NCBI GenBank assembly: GCA_951406725.2 | Contig: OX597827.1 | Span: 5,890,001-5,954,000, forward strand | Length of the DNA stretch: 64,000 nt | DNA from: Octopus vulgaris | Lineage: Eukaryota | Direction: 5' to 3' | Shown here: one piece after another, positions 27,449-40,326 of the stretch | Layout: each line of letters starts with the position of its first letter | Position numbering within the stretch: the stretch's first letter is position 1 | Position numbers and translations under genes: made by a program | The notes under the pieces: model-generated | What the model saw: the letters and a program-made list of their open reading frames with translations, nothing else | The model's database searches: none | Told to the model about the DNA's origin: nothing

Positions 27449-28677
27449 TTCATTTTGTTGGCTGTGAGAAAGCTATAAGCTGAGGCACAAGCAAACAGAA
27501 GCAGTAAGCTAATGCAGATGATTACATAAATCCTGTTCTTTTGTCATACATTAATTGGTTTATATACATACATATACATACATACAAGCATATATATATG
27601 GGCATTAACTACAGCATTGGAGCATTTTAGCTTTTATTTCTAGCAATATAGGTGTTTTTTATCACCCTAGTCACATTTAGTGACAATTATTATTTTCCTT
27701 TTTGGTGAAACATTGCAAACTGCTGTTTATATTAATTTTGTGTGTGTATACACACACATATATATATATGTATATTGTTAAGTAGTTTATTCCTGGTTGT
27801 GGCATATTACTGGTGGTCAGAAAGTTACCGTTGGTTTTACAATTACTATTCCAATGACAATTCTGATGGCTATTTATATATGCTGAGCCAGTAGGACATA
27901 GCCCCTTTAAAGCTGGAGGTGAATATACAGCTCTGGTTACCTTAGCAGTGAAAAGCATGGGACAAAATAACATTTTCGAGAGAAGCGGAAGGGTTGCCTC
28001 CCAGTGTATGATTCAAGTTGTTTCTTGAAGGGGTCAGCTGTGCCAGAGTACATGTTTTCTGTTTCCTAGTCTGAGAAAGGGAAGGACCACATTTCCACAG
28101 TGAATTTTTTTGTCATGAGAGCAACAACTAAAAATTTTGCATTTTGAGTTCAGAAAGACACCCAAGGATAGGCTCCCATACAATTTCCATCAACAAATTT
28201 CACTCACATGGCCTTGGTTGATATGAGACTTATGTAAAAGATGTTTGTCCAGTGATAATATAAAATTTGAGATCATGTGGTAACAAACTGAACTCAGTTA
28301 TCATGCATCTCTACATGTGCAGTCATTGGTCCCTGTTAGTTGTGTCCATGCAGAGTAAAAGTGTTTGGGGAAATATTTATATTAGAATGTTCAGACGAAA
28401 TTATATATATGCTTTCTTACACATTGTTTCTAGCACTTATACTTTCTGTAAATATTAACCAAATCACAAAAGTTTTGTCTCACTGTAAACCCTATATCTA
28501 TTTATCACACATTAAAAATGTTTCTAAATTTGATTTCCTGCAGTATAAAATATATATTAAAAGATTCAATAGAAATGTAATTTGCTTAATAACTATCTGT
28601 TAATGGTTATTTATGTATTTATATACTTATATAAAGGCTACTTATACATATGTGTTTATATATGTATGTATATATAC

Positions 28678-28828
28678 CTGGTAAAGTTTCATAGAGCCCT
28701 GTGCTGGCTTCATTCCAACTGTGTTGATTATCAGTAATGGATGGTAACGCTGGCATTTCACTAAGATGGTCTGGAGCTATAACCCACTGTCTTTCTTCTT
28801 TACCAATTCCAGATGTTACTGTTGCCAC
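28678..28828 (-). CDS. Protocadherin cytoplasmic-domain exon (VATVTSGIGKEERQWVIAPDHLSEMPALPSITDNQHSWNEASTGLYETLP)
   Basis: Acceptor TTTTTTTATCCATGAGTCTTCAG|GTG is phase 0 and matches the upstream donor. Open for 50 codons of non-repetitive, protein-like sequence. Probable donor CAG|GTATAT at 28678/28677 (phase 1); otherwise reads through to a stop at 28619. Confidence 0.75.
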
Positions 28829-31625
28829 CTGAAGACTCATGGATAAAAAAAATAAAAGAGATTGGTCAAAAACAAAAACAACTACGAGAACAAAACAAAA
28901 CGAAATAAATAATTAAAATAAAATAGCTAAGATGAAGTTGATGGGGGTTGGTGGTGTGGTGGTGGAGTTTGCAGTATTGTTGTTGTGGGCAGTGGTGGTG
29001 GTGGTGGTGGTGGTGGTGGTATTGTGAGGACAAATTAGAAAGCGTTATTCAACTGAGAAAAGTAAATTGTGTTTCATAAATCTATACATACATTGCAGCA
29101 ATCAATGATCACTTGTCACGTTGTATTGTAACAAAGATAATTGGATATCAATATAGAAATTAGGATGGAGACAGCTGAATTACACAGTTCAATGATTTCT
29201 GCAGATGAGAAGATACAATCTTGGTTTTTTTTGGGGGGGCTTTTTTTTTGTATAAAAATTTCTAAATCATTAAAACATAAATATCAATCTTCCTCTGCCA
29301 AAGTATAATAGACACACATACTCTCTCTCTTTCTCTCACTCCATAAAAGAAAAATACTATTCTTATACAATAATTTTTAGTGGGGTTTATCTCTGTTCTG
29401 AATGAGTAAATGAAAGGATGAATGGAGGTACGAAAAAGAAAAAAAAATTGCAAGTATAAGACCCTCAGTAAAGGTTAAATATATAATGCTAATCAATAAT
29501 TGTTAGTAGACTGTTATATCAAGATGTTTGTTAGAAAGCATTTCTAGGTTATCATTTACCAAAACTTTATCTCTATTTAACCTCAAATTGATTTTCCTTC
29601 TTTTATTCTTTGTTGTTGTTTTTTCTTGTTGTTTTTTTTTTTAAGAATTTTCATTTTCATATAATTTCTTTTGTGTCTCAAAGTGAGTTGAATGATTGCC
29701 CAACACTGAAATATCATTGAATATGCCAGTATTTTGGTTCTAGTCAGTGTGGTTGGTAGCTGGCTTCTCTTTAGTATTACTTTGAGAAACAGTTTGAACA
29801 ATATCCTGTCTGAAATATAATATCTTTAAAAGAAAATGAAACAAATCAGTAACTTTGTTGCAACAATAGACTGATAGAAATATTTTTTTTTTATAGCTAA
29901 GATTTACTATTGTAGCATTGATAATTTAGTTTCACCATCCAAGTCAACAGATCTTAAACACTAAAGATAAAATTAGACAATGATGGAGTCTCTACATGGT
30001 TGTCTGACCTGCTGGAAATAGTAGCTAGTTTCTCAAAAATTCTCGTGTACTGTTGTAAAACAAGATAGGCGTGTTAGGTCAGTTGTTCCCAAGTTTATTT
30101 TGTCACTGAACCCTTATTTGAGTTTTGAAAACTTGCAGAAAAACCTTATTTTTATAGACAACCCCTGTAACCCTAATTTTTAAAAACATATTAAATGAAA
30201 CAAAAGTTGTTTTAGAGAGAGAATTTCTTCATAAAAAAAAATATCACATAGCATGATTTTTTACAAAATGGCAAATATCATTATTTTATAAAAATAATTC
30301 TTCATTAAATTTTATTAAAAGATATATTATCTCATGGACACCAGTATTTTATTTTATTCTTTTTTCATTTTATTTTGTTCTTTTTTTTTTTTTCATAGAT
30401 CTCATTTGTAGAAATGCTGCATTAAATAATGTAATTCTAGATCTGAATACCATGTGATGGTCAAAGGCTGAATGTAATTAATCATAAGTCTGCTGAACAA
30501 GGGCCAACCAAGGGTTAAACAAAAGCAATGGAAAACAGTATTGATTGTCTGTTGAAATACATGATACCTAATTTTTACAGAAGAGGGGGAAATAAGATTG
30601 CGTGACGTTCATGCTTTTCTTGGGAGCATTGGCATCATAAAATGCATAAATTTCAGATCTGCTATTTAATGTTTGTCTCCCATAAAGAATATCATAAAAG
30701 GACATTATTACAATATTAGTGTATTTTGCATCAGAAATAGAACAGAGAGATTAATAGCGGAAGAATCAAGGAATTAATCAGTTACAAACTGATTCAATTG
30801 TTTGACTTCTAATCAGAGATATAGATCAATGACTGACTACCCCTCTTGACTTCAAAGAAATAATTATCTATCTCCTTTGAAAAGAAACACTAGAATGACT
30901 TATTGACTTTTTAGGCTTATGGGAGAATTGCTGTCCAGCATTTCAGACTAACCAATTGTCGGTTATATACGACTCCTATTGCACCATATTAATGAACTTA
31001 TCTCTCCATAACGTATTATAATCAAATGGACATAATTATTTAGAGTTTAATAAGATTTTTTTTTCTGGAGACAATAGCTTCTAGTTGACTAATACATTGT
31101 GAGTAAAAATTGGTGAAGAGAAACTATTCATTTGTTAATTCATTAGACATGCATTTAGCATGCATTTTCTATAAGTATCCATACATCTATACAAATATAC
31201 ATACATAGATACTTGTACATATATACATCTGTCTACACACACAAATTTTCACATTCTGACTTAGCTTGCATGTGTTGGTTTAAACTCCGTAAGCTAGGGT
31301 AATTGTTCTCAGAAATCATCTTGTAAAGAAATTGAGTGCTAAAAAGTACAGATTATAGAGCAGACGAAATTTTATTTGTGTTAGCAGACAAATACTGCAG
31401 CTTATATCATTTGAAACAAGACCGGCAAATCCAGTTGGATATGCAAATTAGTATTCCTTACAAAGGCTGCTTCTGTCACTTATAGCTAATTTATATACAG
31501 CCTACCAGTTTTTGTGACATCATTGATTCTTTAGTCAGTAGCAGACTATATTGGTTCGACCATATGATCCTGGGGGGGGGGCGGTCCAAATTAAAGTATT
31601 ATTATTAATATTATTATTATTATAT

Positions 31626-31783
31626 GAGTGGCTGTGTGGTAAGTAGCTTGCTTACTGACCACATGGTTCTGGGTTCAGTCCCACTGCGTGGCACCTTGGG
31701 CAAGTGTCTTCTACTATAGCCTCGGGCCGACCAAAGCCTTGTGGGTGGATTTGGTAGACGGAAATTGAAAGAAGCCCGTTGTA

Positions 31784-31825
<42 letters not shown>

Positions 31826-32052
31826 GGTGTGTATGTGTTTGTGCGTCTGTGTTTGTCCCCCCACCAACATCGCTTGACAACCAATGCTGGTGTGTTTACA
31901 TCCCCGTAACTTAACGGTTCGGCAAACGAGACTAATAGAATAAGTACTAGGCTTACAAAGAATAAGTCCTGGGGTCGATTTGCTCGACTAAAAGGTGGTG
32001 CTCCAGCATGGCCGCAGTCAAATGACTGAAACAAGTAAAAGAGTAAAAGAGT
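31626..32052 (+). mobile_element. SINE family A, young copy in the protocadherin intron
   Basis: Full body and GTAAAAGA tail, inserted next to (TTA)n. Confidence 0.9.
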
Positions 32053-32062
32053 ACATGTCTTC

Positions 32063-32277
32063 AAGGCAGGAGCTGGGAGAATCAGTAGCACACCAGGCAA
32101 AGTGATTAGTGACATCTTGTCTGTCTTTATGTTCTAAGTTCAAACTCTGCTGAGGCTGACTTTGTCTTTCATACTTTTAGGGTTGATAAAATAACTATGG
32201 GTAAAATACTGAAGTGGGTGTAATCGACTTACCCTTCCCACAAACTTGCTGGCCTTGTGCCAAAATTTGAAATCAAT
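32063..32277 (+). mobile_element. SINE family B (B2), diverged
   Basis: GGCAGGAGCTGGGAGAATC head, AAGTTCAAACTCTGCTGAGG, GGCCTTGTGCCAAAATTTGAAA tail. Confidence 0.7.
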
Positions 32278-33844
32278 ATTTATATACGTCTGTGTGTGTA
32301 TGTGGTGAGTGTGTGGAAGTACATGCAAGTAAGTATGTGTGTGTGTGCGTGTGTGTGTTTTCTACTCTGAGTTGTAATTGTTTCCATCAAGGGACTGTGA
32401 TCATAATGGGGCTCATTCATAAGGAGTTTTAGTTGAACAAATCTAATTCCAGTCGTCAAGAGATGGAGTGGGACGACACACACAGACACAAAGACATACA
32501 CATGAATGCACTTACACACACACACATACACACACAGACACAAAGACATACACATGAATGCACTTACACACACACACACACACACACATACACACACACA
32601 TGCACTTATACATACAAGCATACATATATATGAGAAGCTTCCACAAAGATTTTGTCTATCAAATGATTCATTCAAAAGGTATTTGTCTACTATAGTAGAA
32701 GACACTTGCTCAAGCTGCTGTGCAGAGGCACTGAACATGAAAACCATACTGTTGCAAAGAAAGCCTCTTAATCACACATCCATGCCTGGGGTAAAAACAT
32801 TTGAGCAGGAATACCTTGTGGCATTCATGCCTTCCCTAACCACAATTATCCACTTGTCATTTTATATTTGGCAAAAATCATAGCCTAGGTACCAAACTGC
32901 ATACTGGAGTTGATATACTTGACTATAACCAATGCAGGCAGTGCCCCAGCTTGGCCACAGTCTAGTAACTGAAATTAGTAAAAAAAAAACGAAAAGACTA
33001 CAAGAGGAATGTTACTGGTTCATAAAATGGTCTGTGCTTTCCCTAATTAACAGGCAATTTATTGACTCAGTCGATTGTAATTGTCTAAATGAGACATATA
33101 AGGTATTAAAATATAGTAAATTTATCTGCTGATTCATTATAATATATCTTTTGATACTGTTCACAATAATTTAGTATATTATGAACAGGGTAATTTTTTT
33201 TATTATTTTGAATATATAACAAAGATATAAGAGTTGTGAGAGAAAAAGAGAAAGTTCTAAAAGGAAATACATCTAAATTAGATTACTTGATCACAAGACA
33301 AGTTGAGTAAAAGACAAGTTAATCACAAGACAAGTTGAGTACAATTAAGACTGCCATTCCGAACTATATATAATACCAATTTATAATTATATCAGCTGTC
33401 ACAATTAGAGCGTATTCACTTCGTATATAAACTAAAGTGTTCTGATTTATGATGGAAAAAATGTGACTGTGATATTGAAGTCTGCTTCATCAACGTCAGC
33501 AATTAAAACTGAAATAAGTGAAGTGAATCTCTCTCCAAGAATCTAAAACTTTGTCTTTCATTCTGATAGATCATCAAAATTAACTTTACTCTCCAGTTTT
33601 ATGCTCAAAAATAGACTCATTTTTGTATTATTAAGATAAAGATTGTGGTGGATTGTAGTGGATTGGTAGAATCGGTCGAGTGAAATACAATACGCTTTGG
33701 AATATTTAGTTTCATATTCAATCTTGCAGAGATAAATTTTGCTTTTCATCCTTCTAAGATTAATGAGCGCTTATTAAGAATGGGAGCAGATAAAATCAAC
33801 CACTCACTACATCCATAATGCTTACACCAGGAACTAATATTTAA

Positions 33845-34066
33845 CACTTTTGTTACCATATTTATTTTGAGATGCTCTGTGTTTCTTTCAATTAATTTTA
33901 GATATAACAAAGAATTTAGTAAAATAACTTAGTTATCATTGAACTAGTGTTAGGAGCATAAACTGTGAGTAAGGTTTGGTGGAAGATTTTAATTCAAAAC
34001 TTATGAAAACAAGACATTTGTACTACAGAGCCAGAAGTGGCTTCAGCCAGGTTGGTATCAAAAGGG
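33845..34066. mobile_element. piggyBac-type MITE
   Basis: TTAA at 33841-33844 and 34067-34070; TIRs CACTTTTGTTACCA / TGGTATCAAAAGGG. Confidence 0.8.
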
Positions 34067-34208
34067 TTAAGCATGGAAAATACAGTGGAATTTTAGTATT
34101 GGCAGAATTGTTACTTTTTCCATGCTGGAATGGCTTGGACAGTTCAACATGAACAAACAAGCTAGAGAACTGTCCCAAGTTCCAATATCTGCTTTGGCAA
34201 AATATATA

Positions 34209-34412
34209 CAATAATCCCTTGACTATTGCTGGTGTTACATCCCCAAAACCCCCACAATAAGGGAAAAATCCACGAAATACTGTAAATTGTTTTTGATCAT
34301 TTTCATAATTTGTATATATTTATTTTATTATAAATGCAAATCAACACAATGGAATGATGTAAGTTTAGATAATAAACTGCGATATGTGAACCATGATATG
34401 GCAAGGGATTAT

Positions 34413-34414
<2 letters not shown>
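34209..34414. mobile_element. pogo/Tigger-like MITE
   Basis: TA flanks; TIRs CAATAATCCCTTGACTAT / ATATGGCAAGGGATTATGG. Confidence 0.7.
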
Positions 34415-34460
<46 letters not shown>

Positions 34461-36352
34461 TATACATATATATATATACATGCATATATATATATATATA
34501 TATATATACGAGCATATATATATATATATATATATACAAGCATATATATATATATACAAGCATATATATATATATATATATACAAGCATATATATACATA
34601 CATATATATATATGTGTGTGTGTAAATCCATATATAAATACAAGCATATATACATATATATCCCTATGCCTCTGATTAAAAGTTGATAGAATTAAGTTTC
34701 AAAAACAAATGTTCTCTTTTTTTTAAAAATAAAATCATATCATTTATTGTTTTCAGATGTAATTAAAAAATTCATATTTATTCATAATTAAAATTTATTA
34801 ATTAATGTTTCTGGCATAATTATGTTTATCACGTAATGTTTTAGTTATTGTTTTTGTTTTTGTCATGTTTCATTTCTTTTTGTAAATCACATTAATCATA
34901 CACTCAGCAAGCTTTTACGATGAGGTAGACTAAACTGATTTCTTTTTTTTTTTGTTAATAGCCTAAAAATAAAGCTTTGCTACATCTTCAAAGTTTTGAA
35001 TTCGACTTTAACCAAAAACGATCTGCCATAAATTTTCTAAAGGGTTCAAATCTGGAGATAGTCCAAAAGGAAAAAAAGAGAAATCCAAAGCAAAACAAAT
35101 CTCTTTTTCATGATCTTGGACAAAAGTTTTGGCTAATTTGGCAGAATGAACCAGAGTATTAACATGTTGGTTTTTTGCCAGTCAGTAGAGCTGTTCTGTA
35201 TAAGGAAACTGATACTTTTGTGAACTTTATTTTTTTCCTGTAATATCGAGCAGTGACACATTCATAGCTGAGACTGCTTGACTCTCACACCAATACTTCA
35301 ACTGGTGAGTTACAACCTACACCATTGCACCATAACACCATCATCTTCATGTCAATTGTAGACAATTTTTCTTGAATTATTCATACAATCCTTTCAAATA
35401 TTTATAACGATCATTTGAACAAAAGAGTAAATATCTGTTTTTCAAAAGAAATTCAGGTCATCTTTCTTTCATTTAAAACATTACTTTTTTTTCTCAATGG
35501 GTTTCCAGGGACAATCCTTACAACAACTTCTAGGTTTTTTTCTGATCCTCCTTATTGTGAGGTTGGATATTATTCCCTTGTTGCTCTCAGCAAAATTCTT
35601 TTGAGACCTGTTCCCTACTACTGAAAATTACTTTGATAATCTTCCTCTAATTTCTTACATTCAGAGGTTTTCTTTTCTCCTGACCAGTTGTCCTTATTAC
35701 TAATGTTTTCATGGTGAATTTTGTCAATAAGAATAAGTGGAATATCTAATAACTATCATGGTTAATTATTTTTAGTCAATGGTCCTGAAGCTATTCTATT
35801 TCAGTGAACATTGGTTTGTCTAATTAAGTAAACTTAAAAGACTTGTTCTATATTTTTATGGAAAAGAATATGAAAAGAAAGGTTCACACAAAAATCTTAA
35901 CAAAACATTATCTGAATAAAAAAAAAAACTGAGCCGCAAGAAATATTGAAATACAACCCCTTGTTCAACCCTCCACAAATTCTTGGAGGCAAGGGACTCA
36001 GTGAACTGTTCCCTCATAATGCAGTTAGTTTTGAGAGGAGAGAGGGAGGGGGCTACAAAAAGAGGATAGGGAGAAAAGAAGAGAATAAAGGTAGACAAGA
36101 GGGAAAGAGAGAGAGAGAGGGGGATGAGAAAGAGGTGAAGAATATATCCTCTACCACCCTGCACTTATTACCATTAATTTATTTGGTTAACATTAAGTTG
36201 ACCAACTGTTGTGTGGGTCATTGTTAATACATGAGCAGATACACACACACATACACACACACACATATATATATATGCTTACATACACACTGACATATTT
36301 ATGTATATACACACATATATATATATGTATACATACACACAGACATATATAT

Positions 36353-36388
<36 letters not shown>

Positions 36389-37268
36389 ATATATATCTTG
36401 GGCTCTCCTGTCATAGACAACAGATGCAGGTTTTGCAAATTTTTGCTGGACAACCTACACAGAGGATTTGTTTATAGTAATCAAATGTTTGTGCTGTACA
36501 TTAGCTTATTCTTTCCATGAAATTGACATTTCTTGTATCGGTGCATGGTGTATCACATGGCAGATGTCAAAGCGATTCCAGAGTAGCATCAGAAGAAGTA
36601 TTTTGCCCAAGTACACATCTCACTGCCTGGTCTGGGGAATGAAACCCATGCTCTTATGATCATGAATGCAATATCCTAACCACTCAGTCATGTGTGTTAA
36701 CTGAATATATCCAAAGAGTTTAGCCAGCACAGTTTGTCATAGATATCACTTCCTTGTGTTCACATACATCTTCATGGATGGATAAAGAGTTATTGCTGGA
36801 CTAGTTTAAATCTTGTGTTAAAATTTCGTCAGCAACTGAAAATCCTTTTTAATTGTCCATGGTGACATGTAGTGTCCTCTAGGGCCAACATTGGGAAATG
36901 CATGGCCCAATTAGAGAATTGTCAGTGGGGCCCTCTACACTACAAAAGCTGAAGATAGATATTTTATGCTTTGTGTAGTACGCCAGTCCCAGCCAAAAAA
37001 GTGTTGAGGTCTTGAGGCTCTAACATTAGCCCCAAAGATATACTAATAATACATCATAATATCTTCCACCCGAGCATGGGTGTAGGATTCTCTTTTGGTA
37101 CTGGGACCAATTTGAACAAATCTGTCTAATTGACTTAAAACCAACCCTGCTGCCCTTTGGTTATTAATACAAAGAGGATAACAATATCCTCACAACACTA
37201 GGCAGGATTAGAAATTCGATTTTGAAATTAAGGAATAAGAGGAATATATATACTAATCAGTGGCATAT

Positions 37269-37661
37269 GGATGGATGGAAGCACTCCATCGGTTACGATG
37301 ACGAGGGTTCCGGTTGATCCGATCAATGGAACAGCCTGCTCGTGAAATTAACGTGTAAGTGGCTGAGCACTCCACAGACACGTGTACCCTTAACGTAGTT
37401 CTCGGGGATATTCAGCGTGACACAGAGAGTGACAAGGCTGGCCCTTTGAAATACAGGTACAACAGAAACAGGAAGTAAGAGTGAGAGAAAGTTGTGGTGA
37501 AAGAGTACAGTAGGGATCACCACCATCCCCTGCTGGAGCCTCGTGGAGCTTTTAGGTGTTTTTCGCTCAATAAACACTCACAACGCCCGGTCTGGGAATC
37601 GAAACTGCGATCCTATGACCGCGAGTCTGCTGCCCTAACCACTGGGCCATTGCGCCTCCAC
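37269..37661 (-). mobile_element. tRNA-derived SINE family C, intact, with 14-bp TSD
   Basis: Head GTGGAGGCGCAATGGCCCAGTGGTTAGGG, box B GTTTCGATTCCC, (CCAT)n tail. Exact TSD AATCAGTGGCATAT at 37255-37268 and 37662-37675. Confidence 0.9.
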
Positions 37662-39029
37662 AATCAGTGGCATATATTGGTTGTTGTATTGGGTATGCTG
37701 CCACATCCAATGCCACCAAATTTCGAGTAGGGGTATAACAAAAGTTTTCCATTAAGATCCTAAGTATATTGAATAGATTCATTTTAATATGTGTTCAAAT
37801 TCTTGGAAATTAATTCCTGAAGATGTTGTATATATAGATAAAATATTTACACCTGTCTGTTACAGGCATTGTTAAATATAATCTATAGATATGTTCCGTT
37901 GAGCAGTATAGCATTAAAAGAAAAAAGAAACGCAATACAATGTATATCAAGAGACATAGATATATATAGAAGGTGGATGCCTTTTCTGTTATCATATCTT
38001 TTGTGAGTCCAAGCAAGATAATATTTCCCCCGGTCAGACATGTGTTTGCAGAATATTGGAAATAACTAACATTCATTCACAGCAATTACATGTTGTAAAG
38101 AGGAGATACAAAACACTTACACATGCACAAACACACAATTGCACCATGTATATATATATATATACATACATAGATTCTTTAAATGTCTATCTACCAAATC
38201 CATTTACAAAGCTTTGGTTAGTCTAGAACTATAGAGAACACTTGCCCAAGGTTCCAAGCAGTGGGACTGAACCTGAAACCATTTGGTTGGGAAATGAACT
38301 GTTTGACCAGATAGCTCTGTCAGCATCAATGCATGTCTGTACCAATCCATCCCTGCATCTCATCATCATCATCATCATCAACATCTACTTTACCATGGAT
38401 CTGAAGACACTGATTGTGAGCAAATTTCTTATCAGATGTCTTTCTTGAAACCATCTCCCACATACCTTCAAGTGAGATAATAATAATCTCACTAGCTTAG
38501 TAAAAAGTGTATCTGCTCTGAATTACATAATTCAGCCATAGCATTCACTGAAAAGTATGTAAGATGGTGTAATTAAATAATTTCGGAACCAATCTCCTGT
38601 TTTTGTTTTTTCTATGTGTACTCTTTGAACTTTATGACCATGGAAACCAGTAGGAGTTACTTTGAATAGTTTCTGTGGGTTTTCTTTACCATTTCTCTTT
38701 CCATTAATAACAATACGAATATAGTTCTAAATACTGTTTGTTTGTTATACAGTTATAATCACACTATACAAATACATACATACATACATACATACATACA
38801 TACATACATACATACATACATACATACATACATACATACATACATACATACATACATACATACATACATACACACCTACACATACATACATACATACATA
38901 CATACATATGTACGTACGTACATACATACATACATACATACATATATACACATACATACATACATACATACATACATACATACATACCTACATACATACA
39001 TACATACATACATACATAGTAGAATGTGT

Positions 39030-39245
39030 ATGTGTCTTTGTGTCTGTGTTTGTCCACTACTACAGCATGACAACTAGTGTAGGCTTGTTTACATACTTAT
39101 AACTTAGCAGTTTGGCAAGAGAGACTGATAGAATAAGTACCTAGCTTGAAAAATAAGTACTAGAGTCGATTAGTTTGACTAAAACCGTGAAGGTGGTGCC
39201 CCAGCATGGTCATAGTCCCATGATGAAACAAGTAAAACATAAAAA
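39030..39245 (+). mobile_element. SINE family A 3' half, diverged
   Basis: GTGTTTGTCC...GATAGAATAAGTAC...CCAGCATGG...GAAACAAGTAAAA, directly after a (TACA)n array at 38770-39017. Confidence 0.7.
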
Positions 39246-40326
39246 TACATGATGGGCTTCTTACAGTTTCCATATACCAAATTCACACACAAAGCTTTGG
39301 TCAGCACAAAACAACAGTAGAAGAGAATTGTCCAAAGAACCACTGAATTATTTTTTCAATTAAAAATATTCTTTTCAGGCCTAATTGCCAACTGCACATT
39401 TCGTGTCAAACAAAAATATATTTGAAGAAATGGAATTTGTTGAGCTGCTGGAACATTGAATGAAATGCCTTTTGGTATTTGTTCCATCACCCTGCACTCA
39501 GTTCAACTTCTGCTGAGATCAGCTTTGCCATTCCTTCTGTCAGGATTGACATTTAAAGTACCAATCAAGTACTAAAAACTATTCTCTTTTCTTCTGCATT
39601 CATTCATTTTTTCACTTTCTCTCGGAACTAACTGTATCTAACAAGAAGGTATCTTGTGAAAACAGAAATAAAAAGAGCAGAAAAAGAAAAAAAAAACGCA
39701 ACCAAAGGATTACAACAACAACAAATAACACCTTTGTACTCTCGTGAAAATTCCACGATTTAAGCCATAATGTTTTTCAAGGAAGCAGGGGTCATTTATT
39801 AGCCTTTGATGCAAGGAGGATGGAAAAGTGGTATTCATTATGATCTGTCACTATTTTGTATTTAATGAAGGTTCATAGCTTAGTGGTTAGAGTGTCAGGC
39901 TTACAAACACAAGTTTGTGGGTTCAATTCCTGAATTGAGTAATGTGTTGTCTCCTAGTGTAAGGTATTAAATTTCATGTTGCTCTAGTGTATTCATCTGT
40001 AATGAGTACTGGTTGTTGTATCCTGGGTTAAGGATGAGGTGGTTGAGAAGCGGTCTATGCCTGATTTTGACTACAGGCTTCCTACTAAAACAATTAGCAT
40101 TGCATGTTGTACTTTATTGTTTGTTGTACTTTATTGTTTGTTGTACTTTATTGCCATATATTTTTTTTTTGTTTTGATAATATAATAAAAGCATAAAAGA
40201 GAAACTTTCCAAACCACAAAAAAGTTTATAAGAAAAATATGTAAAATCCCTGAGGTTACCATTATTTGGTAAGTTGTCTGCAATAGAAATATATTTTAGA
40301 AGGGTTGAAAATATGAGCTGACTTAC

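Noticed and set aside
36880-37149. Possible hAT-like MITE (AGGGCC...ACCCTG); similar CAGTGGTTC-like starts at ~8592 and ~30080
   Set aside because: TIRs too degenerate and no 8-bp TSD found.
37585-37661. tRNA-like sequence (also the heads of families A and B)
   Set aside because: Box A/B heads continue into SINE bodies with tails and TSDs; no convincing complete cloverleaf.
40114-40326. Last 70 aa of the 875-aa ORF (VSQLIFSTLL...KYNKQ)
   Set aside because: Begins exactly at a consensus GTAAGT donor, is AT-rich and ends in a 17-bp tandem repeat. Most likely intron read-through, although intron retention cannot be excluded.
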